A stretch of 64,000 bases of DNA from Euprymna scolopes (lineage: Eukaryota), in the NCBI GenBank assembly GCA_053919585.1, contig CM132804.1. One strand, written 5' to 3'. The position numbers were made by a program, and so were the translations under genes. Below are positions 27,481 through 40,186 of the stretch, one piece after another. Position 1 is the stretch's first letter, and each line of letters starts with the position of its first letter. The notes under the pieces are model-generated. The model was not told the origin of the DNA. It ran no database searches and saw only the letters and a program-made list of their open reading frames with translations.

Positions 27481-28819
27481 TATTTATTTCACGTGATGTT
27501 TTTATGTTAGCCATGACTAGATAGAGGTCCTACGTATTGATAATTGTATTTTACGGTAGCTAAGACTGAGAATTGAACCTTCAGTTTATTGAAATTATTT
27601 CCAAATAATCTAACCACTGCATCAGGGGGTCTTGCAGCACAGGTCTAATATAAATTTTAATACCCTAAAACAACTTTTATTTCTAGGCGTAAATATTATC
27701 ATATATTACTAATTATTATTAATATATGTTAAAATATATGTTATTTACATTTATATATGTATCATTGTTATTTACTTATTGCTCTATATATTATCTCTTA
27801 TTTACAATTAACGGTTACATCGACGCAGACATTGTGAAACTTATATTCAAGATCAGAACAATAGTCTTGTGAATCAAAATAATACGAATAACCAGTCCTC
27901 ATCTCACAAAAAATTCAGTAACCTATAACGGTTTCCTTAACGTTAAGCAAGTACATGAAACCAAACCATGACATCGGTCGATGAATTTGACACTCCGAAA
28001 TAACGAATGGAACTGTATAATTAGCTGCTCAAAATCGGATTTGAACGCAGATTTGAAACGTATTAATCTCCCGCCGATGAATTTTTTCTAAGAATTAATG
28101 GAATTAATTCCCCTCTTCTTTATTTTTCATTTTGACAGAAATATGGTCGGTTTTATTTCGCTTTTAAATGTCCAAATATTAATATAGAATGACATTTAAT
28201 CTTTTCCGGAGTTTTACTTTATTTTATTTATAGACAATATTTGTTATTTGCCTTGCAATTTATTATTAATTTGTATATTCGTTTCTTCCGAAATACGCTG
28301 CGTCTAAAATGCGGCTAATATTGGGGAAAAAATTGGGAAAAGTTTAATTCAGTTTTAATTTCGTCATAATATGATTTTTATTAAGCTTTGTTTTCGTTAT
28401 GATTTTTTAAATTAATTCTATGCATTTATTTTCATAATCAGGATTCACAGAAAAAGAAATCTTTTGTTGAGNNNNNNNNNNNNNNNNNNNNNNNNNNNNN
28501 NNNNNNNNNNNNNNNNNNNNNNNNNNNNNNNNNNNNNNNNNNNNNNNNNNNNNNNNNNNNNNNNNNNNNNNNNNNNNNNNNNNNNNNNNNNNNNNNNNNN
28601 NNNNNNNNNNNNNNNNNNNNNNNNNNNNNNTCGTGATTAATCAAGCCTGTCAGAGTGCCCGACATAATAAATCTAGACACATTAAATTCACAATATGAAA
28701 GCTTAGAGATATATTTATTGCTCCAGAATATTCGTCTTTCACTATTATAAATACCAATAAGTATATACTCCATACGGTCGCATAGTTTTACTAGGCAGTG
28801 AAGATTATATATTTTTGAA

Positions 28820-29170
28820 GGAACTAAAAAATGGGGTTAAAAACAAAATTATAACAACTGAGAGTGTCCTATACTGCTACAAAGCGACCATCTCCGACCG
28901 ATACATGGGGTATGGTTATATCTGAGCTTGGGCATTTACTGATGATCTCTCACCCTTAGACAGGATCAAAAAATTATCTAATCTAATAGGTTATGCACTA
29001 TTGACCAAGCTCCAATCTCTGTCCTATCGACGAAATGCTAAATCACTGTGTCCGTTTTACAAATAGTTTACTGGAACGTGCCTTGGTGAACTCATCGCAT
29101 CTACGTCCTCTCGATGTACATACTTCCGGCGTAAAGCGACATGAGGAAAAATTCCTTCTCCTTATTATTG
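28820..29170 (+). mobile_element. Decayed CR1-group LINE fragment
   Basis: ESVLYCYKATI...LDRIKK...KLQSLSYRRNAKSL similarity to the LINE C-terminus. Confidence 0.7.
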
Positions 29171-29784
29171 ATGTCCTTAGGTGCCGGAAAGCCTAGGCAC
29201 GTACAGTATCTATGTGTAAAATTTTATAATAATCGGCTCCACCGTTTAGGAGTCACTCGGGAACGAACTCACATATACAAACACACACATAAACAAAGTA
29301 CATTTTATATAGTAGTAGAGTTAAGACCCTTTCTTTTTGTTCTAAAATGATTTAAAAGAATGAGGATTTGGAGAATACGTTTCACTACCAAACAAGGCTA
29401 ATGAACAAATCAGTATAAAAACATTATTTTATTTTGGCTTGCCTGTGTCTAAAATGTCAGCAATATGCCCCGCTGTTCAAAAAGTATGGAGACCCTCAGC
29501 GTATATCTTTGCGGCACGGGCACTTTCGACTGAAATATTGGGAGAATAGGATTCAATATGTGAGCACTAGTTCGAATAATATCAAGGACACACATTCTCA
29601 CTCCTCATCACAAATATTCCTAAACATAATAAAGTTATTATCCATTAAAAAAAAAAAAAAACAAACATTCGGATTAATTTTTCGGAAAATAAGAATTGTG
29701 ACCACGGCAACCAATGTAGATCTCATCGATAGCGATATTTACGCCATTTAATTGCAGAAGTTGAAGTCATTTCGTTTGGAAGCA

Positions 29785-29816
<32 letters not shown>

Positions 29817-30879
29817 ATAATAATAATAATAATAATAATTGTTTTTCAAATAGCGGACGAGAAAGAATGGTGCCCAATAAACAAAGCGACTAAACGAATA
29901 CTTAGATTCACTTTGTTTGTATTACCGTTTTTGTCTATTTAAGTTTGTATATAATTTCTTTGTATAAAAACAAGTGACTCTACAAATATTCAAATAGTTG
30001 CGTTGTTAAAAACTTCCGGCATCTGTTAGTGCATTTTTACTGATCTATGGAGATTAAATGCTAATTTAGACTCTATTTTTTTTTTAAATAAAAATGTTAA
30101 TCTATATAAAATCCTCCTCTAAAGAAAATGAAAGCTGTTATATTTTGCGTTACCCTACGGAGTTATGGAGGTAAAATCCTTCTTAACAAAGACCAATGTA
30201 TATTTTATTGATTAAATGTTCATATGTATAAAAAAAAAATGGCGGGAAATAAATGGATGTTATGCAAATTTTTGCATACCTTCTGTTATTGTAGAGACGA
30301 ACATCCACATCGTATATATCATATTTGTAGTAAAATACTTCGTCGAGTAAATGTATACAATCGTTTAAAAATAATACTTTTATCTGAAATATTCACATCG
30401 GCTATTTACTCTGAAAGGTTTGATTTATGGCAACGCCTGCTTTTTTATATTATTATTTTTTTTAGAATTTTACTAAGCAGATGGCCGTGTAATTTCAGGG
30501 AAACAGTTTTATTTGTTGAGCAAAAAAAAAAAAAAAGTTTTAACATTTACAACCGTTTTGATTGACAACAAAATAGGGGAATTCCTCCCTTTTCCTGTTC
30601 AAAATATAAAAGTTAAACAATTAAATATTCATTAAAATAAAACGGAAGTGGAGATAGGCGAACTTCTGTTATTTCGACGATAAATCCATTTATTAGAATT
30701 AATCCATGATATTGGGATTTTAGATGGGATAAAACGACAACAGAAAAAGAAAGAAAACGAATGAACTAAAACTCTTTAGAAATATGTGGAAAGTTTGCAG
30801 ATGAAGACTGAAAATGTAATACATTTTTTTACAGCTATATCGTTGTCTGAAACGATCTCTTTTTGATGAATAATCATTA

Positions 30880-31420
30880 CTGACCATCACCATTGGTTTC
30901 TATTCTGTGTCATTCTGAGCAACCATGCTTATGTCCGCGATATCCTTCACTTTGTTTGTCAGTATTGTTGTTGGTTTGCTACGTTCCCTTTTGTCAGGTT
31001 TGTACCAAACAGCAAATCATTTGTTAGACCGTCTGTTCAGGCCACATGTCTCAAACATTTGCATTTCCTTTCATTGATGTTGTCCATCAGTATTTAGCAT
31101 GGTAAAATCTTCTCAAAAATTCATCTGTTTGTACGTTTCTCCACCCAACTTACACGAAGACGTCTACGGCAGCACTACTATTCAAAAGCAACAATTTTAG
31201 TTTGTTCGACTTTCTTTTCGACCCAATATTCTGCTCCGTATGTTTCTATTGAGAGTAACAAAACTTGCGGGGCTTGTTCATTTGTGTGTTTTTAAATGCA
31301 TCTGCCTTTCCAGATATTGGTTCTGTCCATTGCAATACGACATCTTACTTCTTTGCTACTACCTATTTTGTTAGTAAAAACCGCACCCAAGTAGTAAAAA
31401 TATTCAACGTTTTTTTTTTT
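30880..31420 (-). mobile_element. RTE-clade LINE 3' fragment
   Basis: Minus strand YGAEYW..., AFE*.CCRRRLRVSWVEKRTN and RKCKCLRHV correspond to RTE motifs YGAETW/AFEMWCYRRMLRISW/RLKWFGHV. Confidence 0.7.
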
Positions 31421-32117
31421 TTTTACAAAAGAGTAACCTCTCATCAAGGCCTGGGATAAGGGTTATTGAGTGTACAGTAATAATTGGGATTAATTATTAA
31501 GTTATTAATGGAAATTTTGTAGATTAAATTACTTAAGGATGAAGTTCATCAAGAATTCGTTCATGATGGACGTGAAGACAACCAAATTGTAGTCAGCTTG
31601 GAAAGAGGCGGTGCCTGTGTTACTTTTATTACCATTGCTGACGTTGAGGAGGATTCCTGCTTCTCCGATGGCGACGTTTACCTTGTTGGTTCAGTCTTGT
31701 AATTCTTGCATGCAAATATAAAGATGTAAAAAAGGGTGCTCCTTGTGAAAATACGTTTCTGAAATTCACAAACATACAATGATGTGTATAGTCATTTAGA
31801 ATAATCCCAGTATTAATATTTTAAATGATTTATTACTGAAATATATTTAAAAAAATAAATAAATAAATTCGCTTAAAATATTACATTCTTTACGTAAAAA
31901 TTATTCCCACTTTGTATTTATCTAAAATAATTCCTTTAGAAAACAGTTTACTTCGTTCAAAGTATAGTAAACAAATATAAGCAATTAGTAAATGCCCATA
32001 CCAAGTCAGGGGGGATGGAGCGAGATCATGGTTCCCCCGGGAAGTGGGTAAAGGGTTTAGTTCGAAAATCCGTCCAAAGTTTTCGATTCGACAGAAATGT
32101 TTCCGAGTTTTACAAGA

Positions 32118-32162
32118 TACACCTGAAGAAGGTCGAAGGTTATATCGACCGAAACGTTGTGG
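32118..32162 (+). ncRNA. Minimal Penelope-type hammerhead ribozyme
   Basis: cac-CTGAAGA-a-ggtcga aggttata tcgacc-GAAAC-GTT-gtg; 6-bp stem II; palindromic aacgtt stem III. Confidence 0.65.
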
Positions 32163-32778
32163 AAATGACACACAACATTAGAACAGTAGTCCGATGAATC
32201 CAATTAATAGGAATAACCAATCTGCATCTCAAAAAATTCTGGAACGTAAAAATAAGCAAATGAATGATACTAATCTATGAAACCGATTAATTAATTCTAC
32301 AAGCGAGATTGGCCCAATGTCTACGGTCTTTGTTTCCCATCTCGTTAGCTTGATGAGTCGTATGACGAAGAAAAATTGAGGACGGTTATATTTAAACAAA
32401 CATTTATATTTATCCTGGTAAGTTACTGCCACATTGCTTAAGAGAATTTTCATAAGACTTAGAAACTAGTTTAAAAGCTGTTTCTTCAAAATAGTTGAAT
32501 AAGTTCAAGGTACAGCAAAGAAGAATGACTAATAAATAACATCTCTAAAAGCGGTACATTCCATTCTTTAGTGTTGATTGACTAAGTGGAGAGCATCAGG
32601 TCGTCGTTTAGCGTCCTGGTTCAGAATATCGCTGAAAAATTTTCAATATGTTTTTCAATCCCACCCAAAGCCGGCCGGAGGCTTACTTGGCCAAAAACGT
32701 GGCAAGACGACAACTACAGATGGCAGTGATTGCTGAGAATGAAGTTAGGAGATTTGAAGTTCCGATCCGTCGCGGAAA

Positions 32779-32822
32779 CCACCTGACGAAGGCCAGAGGA
32801 ATAGTTGGCCGAAACGTCGTGA
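32779..32822 (+). ncRNA. Minimal Penelope-type hammerhead ribozyme
   Basis: cac-CTGACGA-a-ggcca gaggaatagt tggcc-GAAAC-GTC-gtg; GUC cleavage triplet. Confidence 0.7.
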
Positions 32823-33080
32823 AACAATAACTAATAAAGATGAGCATGATATTCCGCAATAAATTATTATAACTAATACTCATCTGCATAATGAATTCCA
32901 ATTAAAAATAATATATAAGTTTTAGAACGATTATACATGTTTCTATAGAGTAGACTATTTTAAAATATATAGATCAGGCTCCATACTGAGATATTACATT
33001 TGTGAGATAAAAACTACATACAACGATAAAAATGTTCGCGTCTATTACTGAGTACTATATTTATATACACATATACTCAC

Positions 33081-33138
<58 letters not shown>

Positions 33139-33322
33139 TCACGTATATATATATATATATATACGTGAGTATATATANNNNNNNNNNNNNNNNNNNNNNN
33201 NNNNNNNNNNNNNNNNNNNNNNNNNNNNNNNNNNNNNNNNNNNNNNNNNNNNNNNNNNNNNNNNNNNNNNNNNNNNNNNNNNNNNNNNNNNNNNNNNNNN
33301 NNNNNNNNNNNNNNNNNNNNNN

Positions 33323-33476
33323 CTGTTTGACTGGTTCACAGCTCATCAGTGCGACTAGAAAAGCAACTGCCCCAAGCCAAGACCGAAACACGACCGCCCA
33401 AATGACAGTCAAGGCTTCTCACCATTACGCCATACGGCTGCTGCTGTGTGGGTAATGAATAAACGATGTTTTGACA
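33323..33476 (-). mobile_element. Second, permuted copy of the tRNA-hammerhead unit
   Basis: Minus strand tgtcaaaacatcgtt...cagcagccgtaTGGCGTAATGGtgagaagccttgactgtcat...ggcggtcg...agttgcttttctagtcgcaCTGATGAgctgtgaacc; matches 13881-13935 then 13641-13750; runs into an N gap. Confidence 0.75.
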
Positions 33477-33492
33477 CACACATACACCCCCC

Positions 33493-33537
<45 letters not shown>

Positions 33538-34559
33538 ATATTACTCCCAGCCGATCAACTACCGATTCGACATTAACCTGTCTGACCAGGATGTTAAAGT
33601 GAGTTAAGACAAGCTCCCAAATAGTAACGGACATCTAAACCTTATAACGCACCAATATCTGAGGGAAGGGGTGCCCGGCCTAACTATCGCCAGACTGCAT
33701 GTTTCTTGTGAGGATTCTGTAATGCATTGAAATATCGGATTAAATTTTTATGAGTAAATATGTTTGTTTATTGAAAACAGATTTTGCACTTGTTTGGCTT
33801 TAAACCGTNNNNNNNNNNNNNNNNNNNNNNNNNNNNNNNNNNNNNNNNNNNNNNNNNNNNNNNNNNNNNNNNNNNNNNNNNNNNNNNNNNNNNNNNNNNN
33901 NNNNNNNNNNNNNNNNNNNNNNNNNNNNNNNNNNNNNNNNAATTTAATTAAAATATGATTTGATTTATTCTGAGAACAAATCTCTAATTATGGAATTGTT
34001 ATCCAGTCACATTCCCAAGTGACGAGAAATGTTAATTTAATTGTGAAAGACGTCAGAAGGAATATTCTGAGAGTTATTATTATTTGTTTGATATATTCGC
34101 TTGTTTTGATGGATTGAAATCATTCATTCTTTCATTACATTTCAATTTCTTATAATTTTATTTGTCTTTTGGGGGAGGGGAATTAAGTTTAATTACATCA
34201 TAGATTAATGAAAACCAATCAACTCTGCCCATATTATAACAGCTTTGATCTATGATTATCCCAACAAAGTAGAAATATGTAAACAGCATGCGATACAGAG
34301 AAAGGCATGAACAATATATCAATAAATTGTGAGATAGAGATATATGATTTATATATATATATATATGATTGCAACGTCTTGTCAGACGAGTGCCACTCCC
34401 TCAGACATTTAAAATCCATGAGCCCAAATGCCTGAGGGAGTATCTATACAAAGATGATGTTACAGAGTCTTAGCTGTATACGACAGCTAAGTCTCTCTCT
34501 TGGTTCAAAATGTTGAGATCCAGCAACAAGCAAGAGCAAGATAGCTAGCAACAAATTAA

Positions 34560-34683
34560 ACTGCAGACCAGTTTAATGCGGGTACTGGTCTCCCGCTTTA
34601 TGTTTTTTTTTAAATCAGAGATTTGCTTCTCCTAGAAAGGTTGCCTTCACCACGGCTTACGGGAGCCCTCTCCACCCCAATAA

Positions 34684-34734
<51 letters not shown>

Positions 34735-34925
34735 TATACACGGTGCTACTTGGCCGTTGACCCAGAAAAAGAGTTCATATGCCCTTGGGAAGGTCTTGTT
34801 TTTAATCCTTCATGGAGACTAGCCGCCCTCCGCACCAAACAAGTCTGGTGGGGGAACCAGTTTAGTCGCCGGTGACCCGACCATGAGGCAGGTAGTACTG
34901 GGTTACATGGTACCAGTAGCATATG
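34560..34925 (-). mobile_element. RTE-type 5' UTR / RTE-related SINE fragment, interrupted by (CA)n
   Basis: Minus strand ggcaacctttctaggagaagcaaatctctgatt resembles the recalled RTE 5' UTR motif; GC-rich structured 5' part. Confidence 0.45.
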
Positions 34926-34951
34926 ACATGACCTGACACTATATATATATA

Positions 34952-36479
34952 CAGTCCTGGTTAAAATCATAAGATCACTTAAGAAAGTAAGCGTTTACGC
35001 ATATTATCGCATTTTTAATCAAACAAATGGCCAAAAGGGAAAACATGATGGAAAAAATGAAATCTGTTTCATTCAGATACTTAACCCTGATCTAATTATT
35101 ATTTTTTAAAACATTTTCATCTGGTCAAAATGATAAGACCACATTAATAAAATCGGCTACTTTTGAAAAAATGACTACGAAAAGTTTTTGTTATATTACT
35201 AAAAGCAACTTGTTTGTGAATAAAAGCAGCTTACTAAATTATAAATTGCAAAAGGGAAACCATTATCAGAGTTTGAGAGAGGAGGGATCTTTGAGCTTAA
35301 TAGAGGTGGACTCTCTCATAGAGCCATTGCAAACGAAGTGAATCGTAGCAAAACGGTAATCAATTTGTTTAAGAAATCCAGATCAATAGGGCAGAAAAAG
35401 AGTCAAGGTCGACCCCCCCCCAAAAAAAACCCCATCGCCGTATCAGAAGAAGTTAAAAAAAACCTCCAGTATGAGCTCAAGTCGATTGAAAAACCAAACA
35501 GCAGCAGAATGTAGTCCTAAAACCATCAGAAGGCATCTGAAAATGAAGGGTTTCAATCATTTAAAGCGACTGCAGAAACCACGTCTTCTTGAACAGCACA
35601 AAAACTAACCAACTTTAATATGCCGCCAAATACCAGGCTTGGGATGAAGAGAAATGGGAAAATGTAATTTTCTCCGATGAGAAAAAGTTTAATCTAAATG
35701 GTCCAGATGGATTGCAACACTATTGGCATGATAAAAATGTGCCCCAAAAGACTTTTTCAACTCGGTATAGTGGAGGAAGTGCTTTAATGATCTGGGGTGC
35801 TTTCTCGTCAGCTGGAACCCTAAAGTTACAAGTAGTGAAAAGCCGGCAAACATCATTGAAGTACATTTCAATGCTTGAAAATGATTCTATCAGGACTGAT
35901 GGTCCACGTCTGTGTGGAAGAAATTGGATTTTCTAGCAAGACAACGCTGCGATACACACTTCTCGGCAAGCACAAGAATACTTTTCTTCAAATAATATAG
36001 AATTGTTAGATCATCCAGCATGTTCTCCGGACCTCAATCCCATTGAAAATATTTGGGGATGGATGGTAAAACAATTGTTCAAGGACGACACCTAGTATGA
36101 TTCGATAAATGAACTTTCTGATTCAGTTGTCAATACATGGAATAAAATTCCTTCGCAACTGATAAAAAAAACTTTGTCGCAAGCATGCGGTAGAGCATTT
36201 TTGAAGTAATTAGTAATAATGGAGGCTATACTAAATACTGAGACCCTTTTTAGTAATTTATAATTGCCTTTTGGTAGATAAATTATCAGTGGTCTTATCA
36301 TGTTGACCAGGTGAAAATGTTTGTTTTTTAAAAATAATTATTAGATCAGGGTTAAGGTTTCGAATGAAGCAGATTTCATTTTTTTCCAACATATTTTCCT
36401 TTTTGAAAATGGTTTCACCCATTTGTTTGTTTAAAAATTGGATAATATGCGTAAACGCTTACTTTCTGAAGTGGTCTTA
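34952..36479 (+). mobile_element. Tc1/Tc3-type DD34E transposon with ~190-bp IR/DR TIRs (right end in gap)
   Basis: TA|cagtcctgg start; left TIR 34952-35142 mirrored at 36288-36479; direct repeat ggt(t/c)aaaat..taaga(t/c)cac at both ends of the left TIR. Confidence 0.92.
35245..36241 (+). pseudogene. Tc1/Tc3-like transposase pseudogene
   Basis: KGKPLSEFERG HTH start, VIFSDEKKFNLNGPDG, QDNAAIH-(34 aa spacing)-SPDLNPIENIWG; multiple stops and frameshifts. Confidence 0.92.
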
Positions 36480-36713
36480 NNNNNNNNNNNNNNNNNNNNN
36501 NNNNNNNNNNNNNNNNNNNNNNNNNNNNNNNNNNNNNNNNNNNNNNNNNNNNNNNNNNNNNNNNNNNNNNNNNNNNNNNNNNNNNNNNNNNNNNNNNNNN
36601 NNNNNNNNNNNNNNNNNNNNNNNNNNNAAACATTAATGGCTACATATGTGCATACATGTTTCTGTAATTACCCACGTTGGGGGATTACGTCTTCAGGCCA
36701 AGAATTACCGTCG

Positions 36714-36766
<53 letters not shown>

Positions 36767-37597
36767 CTGATACACGATTACATGCACGTATAAACACACA
36801 CACATATACATATACACATATATACGTACATGTACATATATAAGTATCTATTTTCATATATTTCTATATTTCTAGGGTGTGTGAGAGGCAGCTGTGTAAT
36901 ACTGGCACACGCATTATTTTGCGCCGCACACTTCATTTTACATAACAGAAAATAATAAACACTTTAATGGTACGTAATAATCTTCGAAAGCATGGCAATG
37001 CAGGCCGTTTGCTTTAGGTGTTCAATAAATTATCAGGCGATAATAAACATTTCCTTCGCGAAGCCTGAAACCCCATGCAGACGTTAGGCTAACTATCGTT
37101 TTTGTTTCCGCAATATCGACATAATTTTTCGGAAAGGTAGAGCTTTGTCCGCTTGACTGGTGATTTGATATTGTAAAGCGGTAAGGTGTCTTTCGTTCTC
37201 TGAGATTTTGGTTCGATTTAGAAGAGTTGGTCTTTTATATTAAACTACTAAAGATATTTCTTCAGCGTATCCTTCCTTCGCCACTCCGTCGTCAAACTGA
37301 GTCTCCACTCCATGCACTTCTTACCCCTGTTTCGCCACTATGCAACGAATATGCATGCATAGAAGAACACTTTCTATTGTACTCTCATGCTATCTAGTGC
37401 GTCGACATCGTTGTTGCAAATTCTCCATCTAATCTCATTTAGCTTTCAACATACACAATGGTCACGGAACTGCAGCTAGTTTTTTTTTCCTTTCATTTGG
37501 CAAAACTATTTTGATGCACCTGGAAATTTATCCATGATCTCGTATATTAGTAATCAACAATGAAACACTGAGGCAGTGTTACTTGGCATTGTATTGC

Positions 37598-37820
37598 TTG
37601 GTAGAGACCGTAGATGTGAATTTTTTAAAAACTTTGCACCCTATTATTACCCCCTAACAAGTATTGATTTGAGCTCAAATCAAATTATTAAGTTAGATCC
37701 ATGTCCAAGAACCTATATCTAAAATTACAAGGATTTTTATACCCAAAATTGTCGGAGGAGGTTGGTAGAGTTCTCAAAAGTCAAACACACAGAGACAAAC
37801 ACATTCGCTTTTATATATAT
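37598..37820 (-). mobile_element. Helitron family A 5' fragment
   Basis: agttagatccatgtccaa, ttgtcggaggaggttggtagagttctcaaa and acacattcgcttttatata as in 18679-20127. Confidence 0.7.
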
Positions 37821-37821
37821 A

Positions 37822-38551
37822 CTAGCAAATGTACCCGTCGTTGACTAGGTTCAAAAACAGCCTACAGAAAATGGACTCTGATTTATGAAAGTATTATAGC
37901 TTATGAAAAGGAAGGGTTGTAAAGAGATAGCTTCGAATTTGGAGGCATAAAAACCAAAACAAAATATTATGAAAGTAAAAATAAAATAGATAAACCCCAT
38001 AATTTATTATACCATACCTGTTCACACTTAACCACTTATCACCATATTCTGTGGATATATATTAAAACACCTTGTTAAACTTTGTGACATATTTCCATTC
38101 TATTGAGGTCAGGCGCGAATAAGCGCCCCATAATTTTATTCTACCATATTTCTTCAAACTGAAACATAATTATCAAAGTATACGAAAAGATATGAAAAGT
38201 CTTTATTAAAGTTTGTGCCTATTTCCATTCTATGGAGGCCCGGCGCGAACAAAAATCCCACAATTTTATTATACCATCCCTATTTAAGTTAAAACATACT
38301 TTTCAAAGTATTCTTTATACATTTATATAAAACACACTTGTAAACGTTTTTTTAAATTTCTTTTATTTCCATACTTTGTTGACCAGGCGCATACACAACC
38401 CCCACAATTTGAATGAATCATCTTTACGCAAGATTAAACACACCCATTCCTGTGTTTCGATACATCTTTTATCATTATATGTAATCAGTTCTTTACTATA
38501 GTCAACCATATAGGGACCTATTCGTTACCAGACACACACACAGTCGTTCAG

Positions 38552-38560
<9 letters not shown>
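37822..38560 (-). mobile_element. Non-autonomous Helitron family B, near complete
   Basis: CTAG at 37822 with an adjacent imperfect cccgtc-gtt-gactagg hairpin; homologous to 7010-7690; no TIR or TSD. Confidence 0.72.
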
Positions 38561-38630
<70 letters not shown>

Positions 38631-38631
<1 letters not shown>

Positions 38632-39392
38632 TAGCATTTAAGCCCTACGTTGCCCGGGTGTTTAAATGTATGCATTGAGCAAAAAAAAAAAAAGTGGTAG
38701 AAGGAAGGCAGGCTTGAACCCGTATGGGAAAACACCTGACGTCTTTGGTGTTACGATCACAGCCAAACGGGAAGTGACGTAGGTTTAAATTAAGGCTAGA
38801 CAATCGAAAGGAAAAGATGATATTCGAAAATATCGGCGATATAAGCGACCCCCATATAGAAAAGTGCCCAGTTTGAGGTAAATATATTAATGTTTTAGCC
38901 AATTTTTCGATATTTGTCGTCTGAAAGGTCGAACTTTAAAACGATACTTATCTTGTAAAAAGCCGTGTCCTCAGTCGAAAGTTTTAGGTAGACATGCAAA
39001 CTTACATACATACATTTATATATTGGTAGCTAAAACTTTTCGAACCAAGCCGATTAAAAAGCCTGCCCTATTTCTGAGTAACCTTTATGTCAAATTTCAA
39101 TTGTTTAGACTAGACATTTCCTGAGTAATTTGGTAGAGACCGCAGATGTCAAATTAAAAAAAAATGACTCCAATTATGACCCCTTAACATTTATTGTTTT
39201 GAGCTCAAATCAAGTTAATAAGTTAGGTATATGCCCAAGAAACCTATATCTAAAATTTCAAGTGTTTAGGCTAAACATTGGCGGAGGAGTTAGGTAGAGT
39301 TCTCAGAGGTTAAAACGGTGAACTATGTCCCCTTAACAGCCAAATTCCTGGCCGAAAACGGATTCCAAATCTCAGTACCCTGTATATCAAAC
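38631..39392 (-). mobile_element. Non-autonomous Helitron family A copy
   Basis: ctagcatttaagccctacgttgcccgggtg terminus directly after (TA)n; body matches unit 3 of the 18679-20127 array. Confidence 0.78.
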
Positions 39393-40135
39393 TTAAACAT
39401 ATAATAAAATGCCTTCGAGAACAATATTTATTTTAAACATTAAAAAGTTCAAAATTATTATGGTCTATTTACATTGTTTAAAATTTAAACAGTTTTTGAA
39501 CAATATTTCTTTACAAAATTATATAAAAAATCTATCTCTGTTGTCTAAAATTGAACTGTTCTATTAATATTGCTTATAATATAATAAAAATTCTGTATAT
39601 ATTGTTTAAAATAAATAATTGTTTATAATTTAAAGGAAATGTTCTGTTTAAGTGCACGCATATTTTTGGCGAAAAAATATGGCCACCGTTTTTAACATGA
39701 AAAAATTACATTGTTTAATATTCGAAAAAAAAAAACTACGTATTTGCGGAAATTTAAAATGCGATATTCGTTTTCAGCATAATCAAACACCCATAGAAGT
39801 CGACATTTCAAGGGAAAATGTTCAGGTTGAAACAAAGTTAAAAATAATTATCATTATCAAATTATAATTTAAAATTATAAAACGTTCGGTACTTATGTAT
39901 TTTTGTTACCGTGCTGAAATAATATTATTTTGAAAGCCATTCTAAACATGGGAATAGGGGGGTGTTTTGTAACAATTATGTGCTTCCACCTAATAAATTA
40001 TGATAAAAGAAGCTGCTTACTGTTTACTACAATAATATCAGGGGGTCTCTATTTACGCTGAACATTCACAAAAATGTCAAAATCAATGTATTACATATGA
40101 AAAAGTCCACTGTGGATTTTCCACAGGTCTCGCTA

Positions 40136-40186
<51 letters not shown>

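Noticed and set aside
33075-33177. Palindrome tactcacg(ta)ncgtgagta
   Set aside because: Adjacent to an N gap inside (TA)n; likely a fold-back or assembly artefact.
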